A stretch of DNA of 63,881 nt, filler included, from Reclinomonas americana ATCC 50394 (Eukaryota): NCBI GenBank assembly GCA_048213135.1. It is 17 parts of 17 records of this genome, joined end to end, with 100 filler letters (N's around TTAATTAATTAA, not from the genome) between each part and the next. Parts side by side here need not be neighbours in the genome. Positions count along the whole stretch, not along the records: positions 12,311 to 13,760 come from AFZH01019318.1; positions 13,861 to 18,823 come from AFZH01019319.1; positions 18,924 to 27,490 come from AFZH01019320.1; 14 more parts are not named here. One strand, written 5' to 3'. Every line of letters begins with the position of its first letter. The stretch's first letter is position 1. Positions 12,673 to 26,500 of the stretch are shown piece by piece. The position numbers and the translations under genes were made by a program. The notes under the pieces are model-generated. The model was not told the origin of the DNA and did not search any database. It saw nothing but the letters and a program-made list of their open reading frames with translations.

Positions 12673-13860
12673 TTGTGTGTCTTTGCTGTTGTTTCTCGCA
12701 CACACACGCGCACTGCGTGATGCAAGAAGAAGAGAGAGCGAAATGAAGATTCGTTGATCCGAACAGCAAGATGAAAAGGTGACAAGTCGTGATGTGAGGG
12801 GCGAAAGAGGAGGAGTGTTAGGGGAAAAGGGGAAGGAGGAACTGGGCAATCTTGGGTGCATCGTCAACTGCGATTGTTCTCCACGAGCAACACATGTATA
12901 TCTCTTTGTTTTCGGACCTCTTCTGGAGAGAAGATGGATCAGCGGAAGCTGGAGCTGAGATGATGATGGACGACAGCTCCACGTCGGGTTACAACAGCGC
13001 ACGTGAGCAGCTGCATCATGGCAGCATCACCTCGATGGACACCGAGGAAGAGCCGCAGACAAACACAATGAGAAGGTCTCGTTCTCGGCGATGCAGCTGA
13101 ACACCACAACACTGATCGTCATCGAGTCTGCGGTGCAGGAGTATCCACAAAGCAGCACTTCCTTCTGCTCATCCACATCGAACCACATGCACACGAGTCA
13201 TCTGCACAATCTAGCGATGGGTTCTCCCACCCCGCAGCTGCTGGTGGGCCATCATACACCAACGATGTGCTGCTCTGCCGCTGCCATGAACACAGAAGAA
13301 GCACGTGTCGTTGGTTACCAATCTGGCTGGACATGGTCAATAAGACAGCCATTCTCGTGTTTGTCGTTGCTGAGAGTGAGCAACACGCACGAATGCAAAT
13401 GGATGCCCCGGGGCGACTGCACCAACAATACCATGATGGCCCCAATTTCCAATCATTCTTCATTCGTCTAGCTGCCCCTCCTGCGACAACAACAACAGCA
13501 GTCAGCAGCATGAAGGCAAGACTCTCATGCAGAGTCCATCCCGCACAACACAAGGCAACTTCTCAATCAAGCAGTGTCCTTCTTGGTGCACCGTGATTCT
13601 GCTTTTATCTTCTTCTTCTTCGACAAGCTCCATCAATATCTCACAAACAACATGCATGTGTTGCCTGCCCAGTGAAACCTTTCTCCCTGTCTCACTCACC
13701 CGTCCGGCTGCCCCTCATTCCCACTCTCTCAGCACGCACCGATGCACGTATGCCACAGTTNNNNNNNNNNNNNNNNNNNNNNNNNNNNNNNNNNNNNNNN
13801 NNNNTTAATTAATTAANNNNNNNNNNNNNNNNNNNNNNNNNNNNNNNNNNNNNNNNNNNN

Positions 13861-16800
13861 GCGGCGCTGTGAAACACAAGCCACGCAGTATTAAGATGTA
13901 CCTCTCGCATCTCACTGAAGAGAGCGTCGGGCGTACCTTCTTTCTCTTCGCCTCATTGTCGCCGTCATCATCATCTTCTTCCTGCTCACCCTCCCTCTCC
14001 TCCTCTTTTTTCACCATCTCCATCTCCCTGACGACTGGTCACTTGCTTGTGAGTACATGCATGCACTGTGCAGCAATGAAAGTCAGGCAGTCCAACCTCT
14101 TTCACTGCACCACTCGACGGCGCGTGCAATCTCCGCCTGTGAGAGGCAGCCGTCTCGAAGCAGAGTGACCAGCAGATCTGGACAGTTGCGCAGAGCCTGC
14201 ATGGCCTGCGTGGTGAATGGCAGACGAACATTTGAAGCGCCTCCCTTCTGCGACTTTGCTGATTCCTACCATCCGACCCACAGCAATGTGAGCCAGCTTT
14301 CAATGCCGCACATCAGCACACACAAATTCACACGCGCCTCAGAGTAGCCACGTTCGTCAATCACAGTCAGTGGCTTCTCGACGGCATTCACAAGCTCAGC
14401 TTCGCGAAGACCACTCTTCTGATGGTGACATCCACGTCGAAGTCGAGTCAGGGACCACGCACATAACAATCGGAAGGACACTGCAACACCACACCGACAC
14501 TCGCCTCTACGAAGCTGCTCACACTCTCGAGCACGCCCTCCACCGACTTGGGCGTCGTGCTGCGTGTGTTATTAAAACTACTGGCAAGACTCTTGCCAAA
14601 TGCAGACATGACTGCGGCTGAAGGGCTGCCCGGTCCCTTCGATGGTATTCCGCATTCGTCACAGGCAAGTTGGAAGAGAGCACGCTGATGATGGAGGACT
14701 GTGGATCCCATCACCACAGGTGCCATGAGGCCGAATGCCTTCACCAGCATCCTCTTCCTGTTGCAACCCTGCTCCGAGACGAGGTGAGCAGATGGGAGTA
14801 ACGGCATTGTCGGTAACATGCAAAGAGATAGCGGCAACACGCAACAAGCAGTTTCGCCAGCATCACTTGCTCGTTGATGCTCAACTTCCCAGGACAACTT
14901 TTGCGGCGCTGTGAAGGGCAATCCACACAGAGTTGGGACACGCACCTGTGTCACATCTAACGGAAACGAGCGACGGGCGTACCTTGCCATCGTCCTCGTC
15001 CTGCTGCTCTTCCTCCCGCTTCTCCTCTTTCCTCACCGTCTCCATCTCCGTCAGAGCTGTTCAGTCGTTGGTGATCACATGCGCACAAACTGCAGCAAAG
15101 AATCCTCACAGCCAAACCTCGTCCACTGCACCACTCGACAGCACGTGTGATCTCCGACTCGGACAGACATCCGTCTCGGAGCAGAGTGGCCAGCAGGCTT
15201 GGACAGTTGTGGAAGGCATCCACGGCCTGTGTGATGAATGGCAGAAGAGGGTATTGCTTGTTGAGCTGCATCCCCGGCAAGCTTGACGACTCCTGACAAC
15301 CGAATTCCAGAGCACAGAATGTGAGAAAACACCATTCACGACACACAACGTACAGAGCGCAAGGCTGGCATACCTCAGAATAGCCGCGTTCATCCACCAC
15401 AACCAGAGGTCTCTCAATGGCGTCGGTCAGGGCAGCGCCACGCAGCTCACTCTTCTGCATAATGGCACATGCGTGAGGGCTTGTCTCCGATACGGTCGGC
15501 GAGATGAAAGCTGCTCACCTCGATAAAGTAGCTCATCATCTGGAGCACTCCCTCAACTGACTTGGCCGTCCTAGTGCGTGCCGATACGACGACAAAGACA
15601 AAAGTCTTGCCAAAATGAGCTCACAACTGCCGCCGAAAGGCAGCCTGCTTTCGATGGAGGGATGCCACACTCCTTGCATGCAAGGTCAACAAGCAGGCGC
15701 TGATGATGGCGGACTGTAGAACCCTTAATCATCGGTGCCATGATGCCAAACGCCTTCACCAGTATCTCTTTCCTGTTGCAGCACTGCTCTCCCATGAAAC
15801 AGTGGTGTGATGAGCACTCAATCAGCCAGACGACTGCCAGAGAAGGCCATCAATGCAAACACACTCAACAAGAAGCCTCGCCAGCAACAGCTGTTCGTCT
15901 TTGCTCATCATTGCAGAACCTCTCCCTCGCCGCTGTGGATACACATCATCAGATGCTGTCATAGTGTGCAACCGCCTCACCATCCATGGTCGTACCTTGC
16001 TCATGTCACCGTCACCCACGTCGTCGACCTCATCGTCGTCCATTTCCTCCCTCGAATCATCCTCCCGTTCCTCCTCCTCCTCCTTCATCTCTTCTTTCTT
16101 CAGCACCTTCGCCTCCAGCAGAGCTGCAACTCGCTCGTCAGTTCTGACCCCAAGCACGGTAAGACGTACTCGATGCCATCAGACCTCTTTCGCTGCACCA
16201 CTCCACAGCACGTGCGATGTCCGCCTCGGAGAGACAGCCATCTCGAATCAACAACGTCTGCAAGCCAGGGCACTCACGCAGGGCCTGCGCGGCTTGGGAG
16301 ACGAGCGGCAAGAGACGGTCGTTGCTCCTCCCTTTTCTCGCAACCGTCTTCCATGACTCCTACAGCACGACCGACATCGTAGAAGAAGCAGAAGAAGTAC
16401 AAAAAGCGCACAAAGAAAGTTGGCGCACCTCAGAATGGCCCCGTTCGTCCACCACACTCAGTGGTCTCTCAATGGCATCCGCCAGAGCGGCGCCGCGCAG
16501 TTCACTCTTCTGCAAGAGTTGCACACGCATCGTTGTTGCCCTTTCCAGTTATGTGCGAGATGGAAAGAACAGACAGATGCTCACCTCGATGAACTTGCTC
16601 ATGCTCTGCAGCACTCCTGCAACTGACTTGGATGTCTTGGTGCGTGTAGTATTGACGAAATCGCTAAGACTCTTGCCGAATGAGTCCATGACTGCAGACG
16701 GCAGACCGTCTCCTCGAGATGATGAGATGCCGCACTCCTTGCATGCTTGTTCAACGAGAATGCGCCGATGATGCCAGACTGCATTTTGTTTCAGAATAGG

Positions 16801-18550
16801 TGCCATGATGCCGAATGCCTTCACCAGTATCTTCTTCTTGTTGCATCGCTGTTCACAAACACAACGCATACATCAGGTGTGACAGCAGGCGAGCAAATGA
16901 CAGGGTGCAATCAATCTCTCTTGCTGAGGTATCGTGGGACACGCACACGCAACAAGCAGTCTGTCCAACAGCATTCGCTCGTCCGTGCTCAGATACGCAT
17001 CGTGTACGCGGCGATTGCGTTTGCCGGCCTGCAAAATGCATCACATCCACAATCAGCAAGCCTGCCTCACTAACCATGCACAGACAGCCGATGGCATCGT
17101 CGTACGTTTCTCGGCATCGATTCTTTGTCATCGCCACTGCCTGCTTCCACCTGTAAACACGCATGGCATCCATGCTTGGCAAAGTCCACGAAGACACACG
17201 CACCCAGCCTCTGTTACTCATGCACTATTGCTGCGTACCTTGGTGTCATAGTCTTCAAGCTTGACAGCATCCTTCTCTTCTTCCACCTCCTTCTCCTCCT
17301 TCATCACCATCTTCACATCGCCAGATTCTGCGTGGTGCTGATCAATACCAGCGCAAGCAACATCAACAGTCGCACAAAATTGCAGACCTTTCGATCGGCA
17401 CCAAGCAACGGCACATGATATCACGGCCTCAGAGAGGTGGTTGTTGCGGAGCAGAGCAGCCATGAGACCATTGCAGACGCGCAGCGCATCCATAGCCTGC
17501 TTGACAAACGGCAGGAGATGGTCTATCTGGGACTTGTTGGAGGGGCGCAAAATCTCCCACGACTCCTGTCACATTCAAACAGAGTGAATGAAAATCAATA
17601 GACATGATCACAAAAGGCACTGAAGATCATGCAACAGAGCTGACCTCCGAATAACCGCGCTCATCCACCGCGATCAGTGGTCTCTCAACAGCATCCACCA
17701 GGGCCGTGCCAGAGAGTTGGCTCATCTGTAGATTGCAATCATGTGCACGATGGTTCACGGCCACAATTGTCAAAGCACACATGCTTTCTCACCTCGATAT
17801 AGTTGCCCACTCGCCGGAGCACACCTTCCACTGATTTTGGCGTTCTGGCGCGTGAGCCCATGACGCTCAACCCAAGACTCTTGCCAAACGCACAATTGAC
17901 AGCAGACGACGTTTGAACCGGCTCCGACAACGACATCCCACAGTCGCCACAGGCAATCTCAAAGAGGACACTCTGATGGTGGATGACTGTGGATTCATGA
18001 ACAATCGATGCCATCAGGCCAAATGCCTTCAGCAGAATCCTCTTCCGATTGCATCGCTGCGAGTGACACATAGAGAGATGAGGAGAAGGAGGAGTGAGCC
18101 AGGTTGACTAGATGAAGAGAGGGCAAGCACACGCAACGAGCAGCTTGTTCAGCAGCAGCTTCTCGTCTGCGCTCAACTCCTCTGGCTCTTTCGCAGCTCG
18201 ACTCTTGCCACGCTGTGAATCCATAACAAGCATGATTGATACGATAGAACCCATGTGCGAATCGATGCACAAGCACAACAATATCAGCAACAGAATCCAA
18301 ACCTTCTTCTTCTTCTTTGGCGGTGCCAGCTCATCGTCACTGGATGCATCCACCTGCAGACAACGAAGGGAAAACATCAGCTGTCAACTGCGATGCACGA
18401 GCGAGAGGCAGGTTGAGACGCATGCCTCATCGGAGCTCACCTCCAGAGAACGCTTGCGGGACGATGTCTCAACTGAGTCACGTGCAGGCGAGTCCTCATA
18501 GTGATCCACCAGAGACGAGACGACTTGCTGCCTCATCGCATGTTGCTGTT

Positions 18551-18594
<44 letters not shown>

Positions 18595-18749
18595 TTCAGT
18601 GAGAGACAAGCTCATGTTGGGACGACACACAATCACTGTACCTCGACGATGCCTTCCATCGCCGTGTGTTCCACGCGCTCCTGGTGAGCAGCTGTGTACA
18701 TGCACGGCCCAGGTGAGGCATCAAGTGACGCGAGAATATCAATGACTGC

Positions 18750-18801
<52 letters not shown>

Positions 18802-18927
18802 GAGGAGATACACACCACCGTCGNNNNNNNNNNNNNNNNNNNNNNNNNNNNNNNNNNNNNNNNNNNNTTAATTAATTAANNNNNNNNNNNNNNNNNNNNN
18901 NNNNNNNNNNNNNNNNNNNNNNNCGAC

Positions 18928-18996
<69 letters not shown>

Positions 18997-19327
18997 CTTT
19001 CTTGGCAGTGACACTGGTGGTGGTGACAGAGGTGGAAGAAGAAGAAGAGGAGGAGCAATGCACTCGTCGCCTTGCCATCGCAGGCACACCACGATGAGCA
19101 GACGACCCCGATGCGCTCTTCTTCTTCTCCTCATCATCATCATCGTTGATGGAGAGGGAGGAAGAGGAGGAATGCATCATCATCATTGTCGTCACATGCT
19201 GCTTGCAATCGATGAGCATCATGTCTGCTTTTTCATCGTCGCACGGAGAAGAGGCAGACATTGACAGCGAAGGAGTTGTTGTTGTTGTTGAGTGAGGGCG
19301 TGGAGGAGGAGGAGGTCGAGAGGCCAT
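13861..19327 (-). CDS. Array gene copy 1 (modular repeat protein); 3' module(s) in gap; frameshift in one core exon, possible pseudogene
   Basis: Core exons at 17793-18056, 16585-16848, 15519-15783 (265 nt, +1 near 15612) and 14505-14768. Confidence 0.75.
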
Positions 19328-20509
19328 TTGTGTGTGTCTCTGTTGTTGTTTCGCACACACGCGCACTGCGTGATGCAAGAAACGAAGAGAGAGAGAGAAA
19401 AGAGGCAATGAAGATTCGTTGATCCGAACAGCAAGATGAAAAGATGACAAGTCGTGATGTGGAGGGAGGAGGAGTGCGATGGTGAGAACGAACAGAGAGG
19501 GTGGTGTCAGAGCAAACCCCTGGGTGCATCGTCACACTGTGATTGTTCTCCACGATCAGCTTTGGATCTTTCTCTAATCGAGAGAACATGGATCAGGGGA
19601 AGCTGGAGCTGAGATGATGATGGACGACAACTCCACGTCGGGTTACAACAGCGCATGTGAGCAGCTGCATCATGGCAGCATCACCTCGAGGAAGAGCCGC
19701 AGACAGACACAATGAGAAGGTCTCGATCTCGGCGATGCAGCTGAACACCACAATCCTGATCGTCATCGAGACTGCATTCCAACCGCGCCCGCTGCGATGG
19801 CGTCGAGTGCACGTGCAGGAGTATCCACAAAGCAGCACTTCCTTCTGCTCATCCACATCGATCCACATGCACACGAGTCATCTGCACAATCTCGCGATGG
19901 GTTACTCCCGTCCTCGCAGCTGCTGGTGGGCCAACATACACCAACGATGTGCTGCTCTGCGGCAACCATGAACACGGAAGAAGCACGTGTCGTTGGCTAC
20001 CAATCTGACTGGGTATGGTCAACAAGACAGTCATTCTCGTGTTTGTTGTTGCTGAGAGTGAGCAACACGCACGAATACAAATGGGTGCCCCGGGGCGACT
20101 GCACCAACAATACCATGATGGCCCCAATTTCCAATCATTCTTCATTCGTCTAGCTGCCCCTCCTGCGACAACAACAACAGCAGTCAGCAGCATGAAGACA
20201 AGACTCTCATGCAGAGTCCATCTCGCACAGCACAAGGCAACTTCTCAATTAAGCAGTGTCCCCCTTGGTGCACTGTGTTTCTGCTTTTGTCTTCTTCTTC
20301 CCCGACAAGCTCCATCCATCTCACAAACAACATGCATGTGTTGCCTGCCAAGTGAAACCTTTCTCCCTCTCTCACGCATCCGTCCGGCTGCCCTTCATTC
20401 CCACGCCCTCGCCACTCACCGATGCAGGTATGCCACAGTCCATCAACAGCAATGTCTTGCTCTCCACATCAAGCTCCTTCTCCATCAACACCACTCTGAA
20501 TTTCTTGCT

Positions 20510-23500
20510 CTACATGTCCTCGTTCTCGTCTTCCTGTTCATCCTCCTCCTCCTCCTCATTCTTCACCACCTCCATCTTCACCGGCTTCTCGTCACCCAGC
20601 ACTGCATCACGCGTGTCAGTGCAGATGCTGGCACAACATGCAATAATACAGGTGCTCGCAGATTACTGCATTTGGAGCACTCACCGGCACGTGATATACC
20701 CGCCTTCGAAAGGCAACCATTTCGAAGCAGCGTGGCCAGCAGGCCAGGGCAAGTGCGGAGCACATGCATGGCCTGCGTGACGAGTGGTAGAAGAACGTTT
20801 GGATGATTGTTCTTCGGTAACTCTATTGATTCCTGTCACGCGAAACGAGAAAGCTGAGTCACCAATCACCGAAGCTCCACAGCACACAATCATCGCCCGC
20901 ATACCTCAGAGTAGCCACGCTCATCAATCACAATCAGTGGTCTCTCGACCGCATCCACCAGTTCAGCTCCTCGAAGTCCGCTTTTCTGATGATGACAAGC
21001 GCAGATGGAAGGCAGCTCAATTGCCGTGCACACCACAAGCAGATGTGACATAGAAACACCACACCGACACTAACCTCGATGAAGTTGCTCACGTTCTCGA
21101 GAACACCTTCAGCTGACTTGGGCGTCCTGCCGCGTGTATCTCCGGCACTATTGGCAAGACTCTTGCCAAATGCAGACATTACTGCGGATGACGGGCAGCC
21201 CGGTCCCTCTGACGGTAAGCCGCATTCGTCACAGGCAAGTTGGAAGAGAAGGCGCGGATGTTGGAGGACTGTGGATTGCAGCACCACAGGTGCCATGAAG
21301 CCGAATGCCTTCACCAGTATCCTCTTCTTGTTGCAACCCTGCTCTCGGGTGTGACGGATGGGTGAAAGTGAGCAGGTTACGACAGTATCAGTGGCGGCAT
21401 GCAGAGAAACACGCAACAAGCAATCTCGCCAGCATCAATTGCTCGTTGATGCTCAACTTTGCAGGATCAATCTTTCTGCACTGTGAAACACAAGCCACGC
21501 AGTATTAAGATGTACCTCTCGCATCTCACTGAAGAGAGCGTCGGGCATACCTTCTTTCCCTTCGCCTCATCATCCTCATTCTCGCTGTCATCATCATCCA
21601 CCCTCTCACCCTCCCTCTGCTCCTCATTCTTCACCATCTCCATCTCCCTGACGACTGGTCACTTGCTTGTCAGTACATGCATGCACTGTGCAGCAATGAA
21701 GACAAGCAGCCAAACCTCTTTCACTGCACCACTCGACGGCGCGTGCAATCTCCGCCTGCGAAAGGCAGCCGTCCCGCAGCAGAGTGGCCAGTAGGTCTGC
21801 ACAGCTGCGGAGAGCCTGCCTGGCCTGGGTAACGAATGGCGAAAGAAAATTAGGAGTGCCTCCCTTCTGCGATTTTGCTGTTGATTCCTACCATCCGAGC
21901 CACAGCAATGTGAGCCAGCTTTCAATGCCACACATCAATCAGCACACACAGTTCACACGCACCTCAGAGTAGCCACGCTCGTCAATCACAATCATCGGTC
22001 TCTCGACAACATCCACCAGCTCAGCTCCCCGAAGACCACTCTTCTGATGGTGACATCCACGTCGAAGTCAAGTCAGGCACCGCGCACATACCAATCGGAA
22101 GGATCCTTAAACACCACACTGACACTCGCCTCTATGAAGTAGCTCACACTCTCGAAAACACCCTCCACCGACTTGGATGTCGAGTTGCGTGCGGTTTCCA
22201 CTTCTGGAAAGACTCTTGCCAAAAGCAGACATGACTGCAGATGATGGACACCCTGGTCCCTCCGACGGCATTCCGCATTCGTCACAGGCAAGTTGGAGGA
22301 GAGCACGCTGATGATGGAGGACTGTGGGTGTGAGCACCACGGGTGCCATGAGGCCGAATGCCTTCACCATCATCCTCTTCCTGTTGCAACCCTACTCCCA
22401 AGTGTAATAAGCGGGTGAAAGCCATGAGCAGATGACACTTTTGCAGGCGATACAGTACAGTTGCAGTGAACTCAAAGAACACGCAACAAGAAATCTCGCC
22501 AGCATCAATTGCTCGTTGATGCTCAACTTTGCAGGATCAATCTTGCGGCGCTGTGAAACACAAGCCACAAAGTATTGAGACCAACCTCTCGCATCACAAC
22601 GAATACAGCGTCGGGCGGTACCTTCTTTCTCTTCGCGTCATCGTCCTCATTCTCGCTGTCATCATCATCTTCCTGCTCACCCTCCCTCTCCTCCTCTTTC
22701 TTCACCATCTCCCTCTCCCTCACGACTGTTCACTTGCATGTGAGCACATGCATTATCCTGCCACGAAGACAAGCAGCCAAACCTCTTTCACTGCACCACT
22801 CGACGGCGCGTGCAATTTCTGCCTGCGAAAGGCAGCCGTCCCGAAGCAGAGTGACCAGCAGATCTGGACAGCTGCGCAGAGCCTGCCTGGCCTGTGTGAC
22901 GAAAGGCGAAAGAACATTAGAAGGGCCTCGGTTCTGCGACTTTGCTGCTGATTCCTACCATCCGAGCCACCGCACTGTGAGCCAGCTTTCAATGACGCAC
23001 ATAAGAACACACAGTTCACACGCGCCTCAGAGTAGCCACGTTTGTCAATCACAATCAGCGGTCTCTCGACAGCATTCACCAGCTCAGCTCCCCGAAGACC
23101 ACTTTTCTGATGGTGACATTCACGTCGAAGTCGAGTCAGGGACCACGCACATAACAATCGGAAGGACACTGCACCATCACACCGACACCCACCTCTACGA
23201 AGCTGCTCACACTCTCGAGCACGCCATCCACCGACTTGGGCGTCGTGCTGCGGGTATTGCCGGCACAACTGGCAAGACTCTTTCCAAATGCAGACAAGAC
23301 TGCGGCTGATGGGCAGCCTGGTCCCTTCGATGGTATTCCGCATTGGTCACAGGCAAGTTGGAGGAGAACGCGCTGATGATAGAGGACTGTGGATGGCATC
23401 ACCAGGGGTGCCATGAGGCCGAATGCCTTCACCAGTATCTTCTTCCTGTTGCAGCACTGCTCCAAGATGTGGTGAGCAGATGGGAGTAACGGCATTGTCG

Positions 23501-26500
23501 GTAACATGCAAAGAGATAGCGGCAACACGCAACAAGCAGTTTCGCCAGCATTAGTTGCTCATCGACGCTCAGCTTCGCAGATCCACTCTTGCTGTGCTGT
23601 GAAGTGCAAACCACACAGAGTTAGGACACGAACCCGACTCGCATCTAACGGAAACGAGCGATGGGGGCGTACCTTGCCATCGTCATCATCGTCCTGCTGC
23701 TCTTCCTCCCGCTTCTCCTCTTTCTTCACCATCTCCAACTTCCGCAGAGCTCCTGTCACTTGTATGTCAGAACAAACACTCTGTCGCAATGAGAGAGATA
23801 TGTGGCCAAACCTTGTTCATTGCACCACTCAGCGGCGCGTGCAATCTCCGCCTCGGACAGACAGCCGTCTCGGAGCAGAGTGGCCAGCAGGCTTGGGCAG
23901 TTATGGAAGGCATCCACGGCCTGTGTGACAAATGGCAGAAGAGGGTAGTGCTTGTTGAGCTGCATCCTCGGCAAGCGCGACGACTCCTGACAACCGAATT
24001 CCAGAGCACAGAATGTGAGAAAACACCATTCACGACACACAACGTACACAGAGCACAAGACAGCCACACCTCAGAATAGCCGCGTTCATCCACCACAACC
24101 ACAGGTCTCTCAATGGCATCTGCCAGAGTAGCGCCACGCAGTTCACTCTTCTACATTGCGGTACATACTTTAGAGCTGGCCGTTGATTGATTCAGTCAAG
24201 TAATTTGGACGATACTCACCTCGATAAAGTCGCTCAACATCAGAAGAACTCCCTCAACTGACCTTGGTGCCCCGTTGCGTACCTGTTGGACGACACTGAC
24301 AAATATCTTGCCAAATGAGCTCACAACTGCCGATGAAAGGCAGCCTGCTTTCGACGAAGAGATGCCACACTCCTTGCATGCAAGGTCAACAAGAACGCGC
24401 TGATGATGGCGGACGGTGGATCCCATCACAATCGGTGCCATGATGCCGAACGCCGTCACCAATATCTTCTTTTTGTTGCAGCACTGCATCAAATGGGCGA
24501 TGCGATAAACACTCAATCAGCCAGACGACTGCCAGAGAAGGACATAAATGCAAACACACGCAACAAGAAGCCTCGCCAGCAATAGCTGTTCGTCCTTGCT
24601 CATTGCCGCAGAACCACCCTCACGTCGCTGTGGACACACATCATGAGATGCTGTCATAGTGTGCACCCACTCCACCATCCATGGTCGTACCTTGCTCCTT
24701 TCACCATCGCATATGTCCTCGTCCTCATCTTCCTCCCCGCTGACCCTCGAATCATCCTCCTGTTCTTCCTCTTTCATCTCTTCTTTTTTCATCACCTTCG
24801 CCTCCAGCAGAGCTGCATCTCACTTGTCAGTCCTGACCCCAAGCACGGTAAGACGAACTCGATGCCATCAGACCTCTTTCGGCGCACCACTCGACGGCCC
24901 GTGCGATCTCCGCCTCGGAGAGACGGCCGTCTCGAATCAGCGACACTTGCAAGCCAGGGCACTCACGCAGGGCCTGCGCGGCTTGGGAGACGAGCGGCAA
25001 GAGACGGTCGTTGCTCTTCCGTTTGCTCTCCATCATCTTCCACGACTCCTACAGCACGACCGACATCGTGGAAGAAGCATGTAGTCTGCAAGTCAACAAC
25101 TCAAACCAGAAATACAAAAAATGATGAAAGTTGGCACGCCTCAGAATGGCCTCGTTCGTCCACCACAATCAGTGGTCTCTCAATGGCATCTGCCAGTGCG
25201 GCGCCGCGCAGTTCGCTCTTCTGCAAGAGTTGCACACGCATCGTTGTTGGCTCCCTTTCCAGTTAAATGTGAGAGATGAACAGAACAAACATATGCTCAC
25301 CTCAATGAACTTGCTCATGCTCTGAAGCACTCCCTCAACGGACTTGGTCGTCTTGACGCGTGCATGTTGGACAAATAAACCAAGGCTCTTGCTGAATGAG
25401 TCCATGACTGCAGACGACGGGCTACCAGCTCCTGATGAAGGAATGCCACACTCCTTGCATGCGAGTTCAACGAGAACGCGCTGATGACAGAGGACGGCGT
25501 TTCCCTTCAGAATAGGTGCCATGATGCCGAATGCCTTCACCAGTATCTTCTTCTTGTTGCACCGCTGATCATACATCTACACATATGAACGCCCAAGTGT
25601 AATGACAGGCAGACACATGGAAATGTCAACCAATCAGTCTTGCTGAGGTGCAAAGGACATGCACACGAAACAAGCAGTTTGTTCAACGTCATTCGTTCGT
25701 CCTTGCTCAAACTCGCATCGAAAGCATCGCGACCACCCTTGACGCGCTGCAAACGCACACACGACGCGACATCGACAATCAGCAAGCCTGCCTCATCAAC
25801 CACGCAGACATTGTCTCGCCATACCTTGCTCGGCTTCGATTCTTCGTCACTGTCACTGCTTGCATCCACCTGTAAACACAAGGCATCAATACTTGACAAA
25901 GTCTGTGAAGATTCGCACATTCGCTACAAGCCTCTCTTTGTTGCGTACCTTGGTGTCATCGTCTTCAAGCTTGATGGTATCCTTCTCTTCTTCCTCATCC
26001 TTCTCCTCCTTCACCATCATCTTCACATCGCCAGATTCTGCGCGGTGCTGATCAACACCAACGCAAGCAACATCAACAGACGCACAAAATTACAGACCTT
26101 TCGCATGGCACCACATGACGGCACGTGATATCTCGGACTCGGAGAGGTGGCAGTCTCGAAGCAGAGCGGCCATGAGTCCATCACACTCGCGCATTGCATC
26201 CATGGCCTGCTTGACAAACGGCAGAAGATGGTCTTTCCTGGTCTTGTAGGAGGGGCGCAAGACTTCCCACGATTCCTGTAACAAGCCGAGTGAGCAAGAT
26301 AAGTCGACATGATTGCAACCGACACAGAAGATCGTGTGACATTAACGCACCTCTGAGTACCCATGCTCATTCACCACAATCAGTGGTCTCTCCACAACAT
26401 CCACCAGAGTCGCGCCACTTAGCAGGCTCATCTGCAGATTGCAATCATCTGCATGTCGGTTCACACGCCACGGTCATTCACAGGCACACATGCTTGCTCA

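Noticed and set aside
14840..14860. Apparently conserved 'LLVAC' peptide in the ORF track
   Set aside because: VAC is most likely the translation of the GTTGCG donor; phase matching with the core exon requires the leader to end at LL.
20510..20512. Conserved TAG as evidence of stop-codon reassignment or programmed readthrough
   Set aside because: No in-frame TAG seen in the conserved helicase, RFC, KICS2 or EEP exons, and the downstream frame is broken in copy 3.
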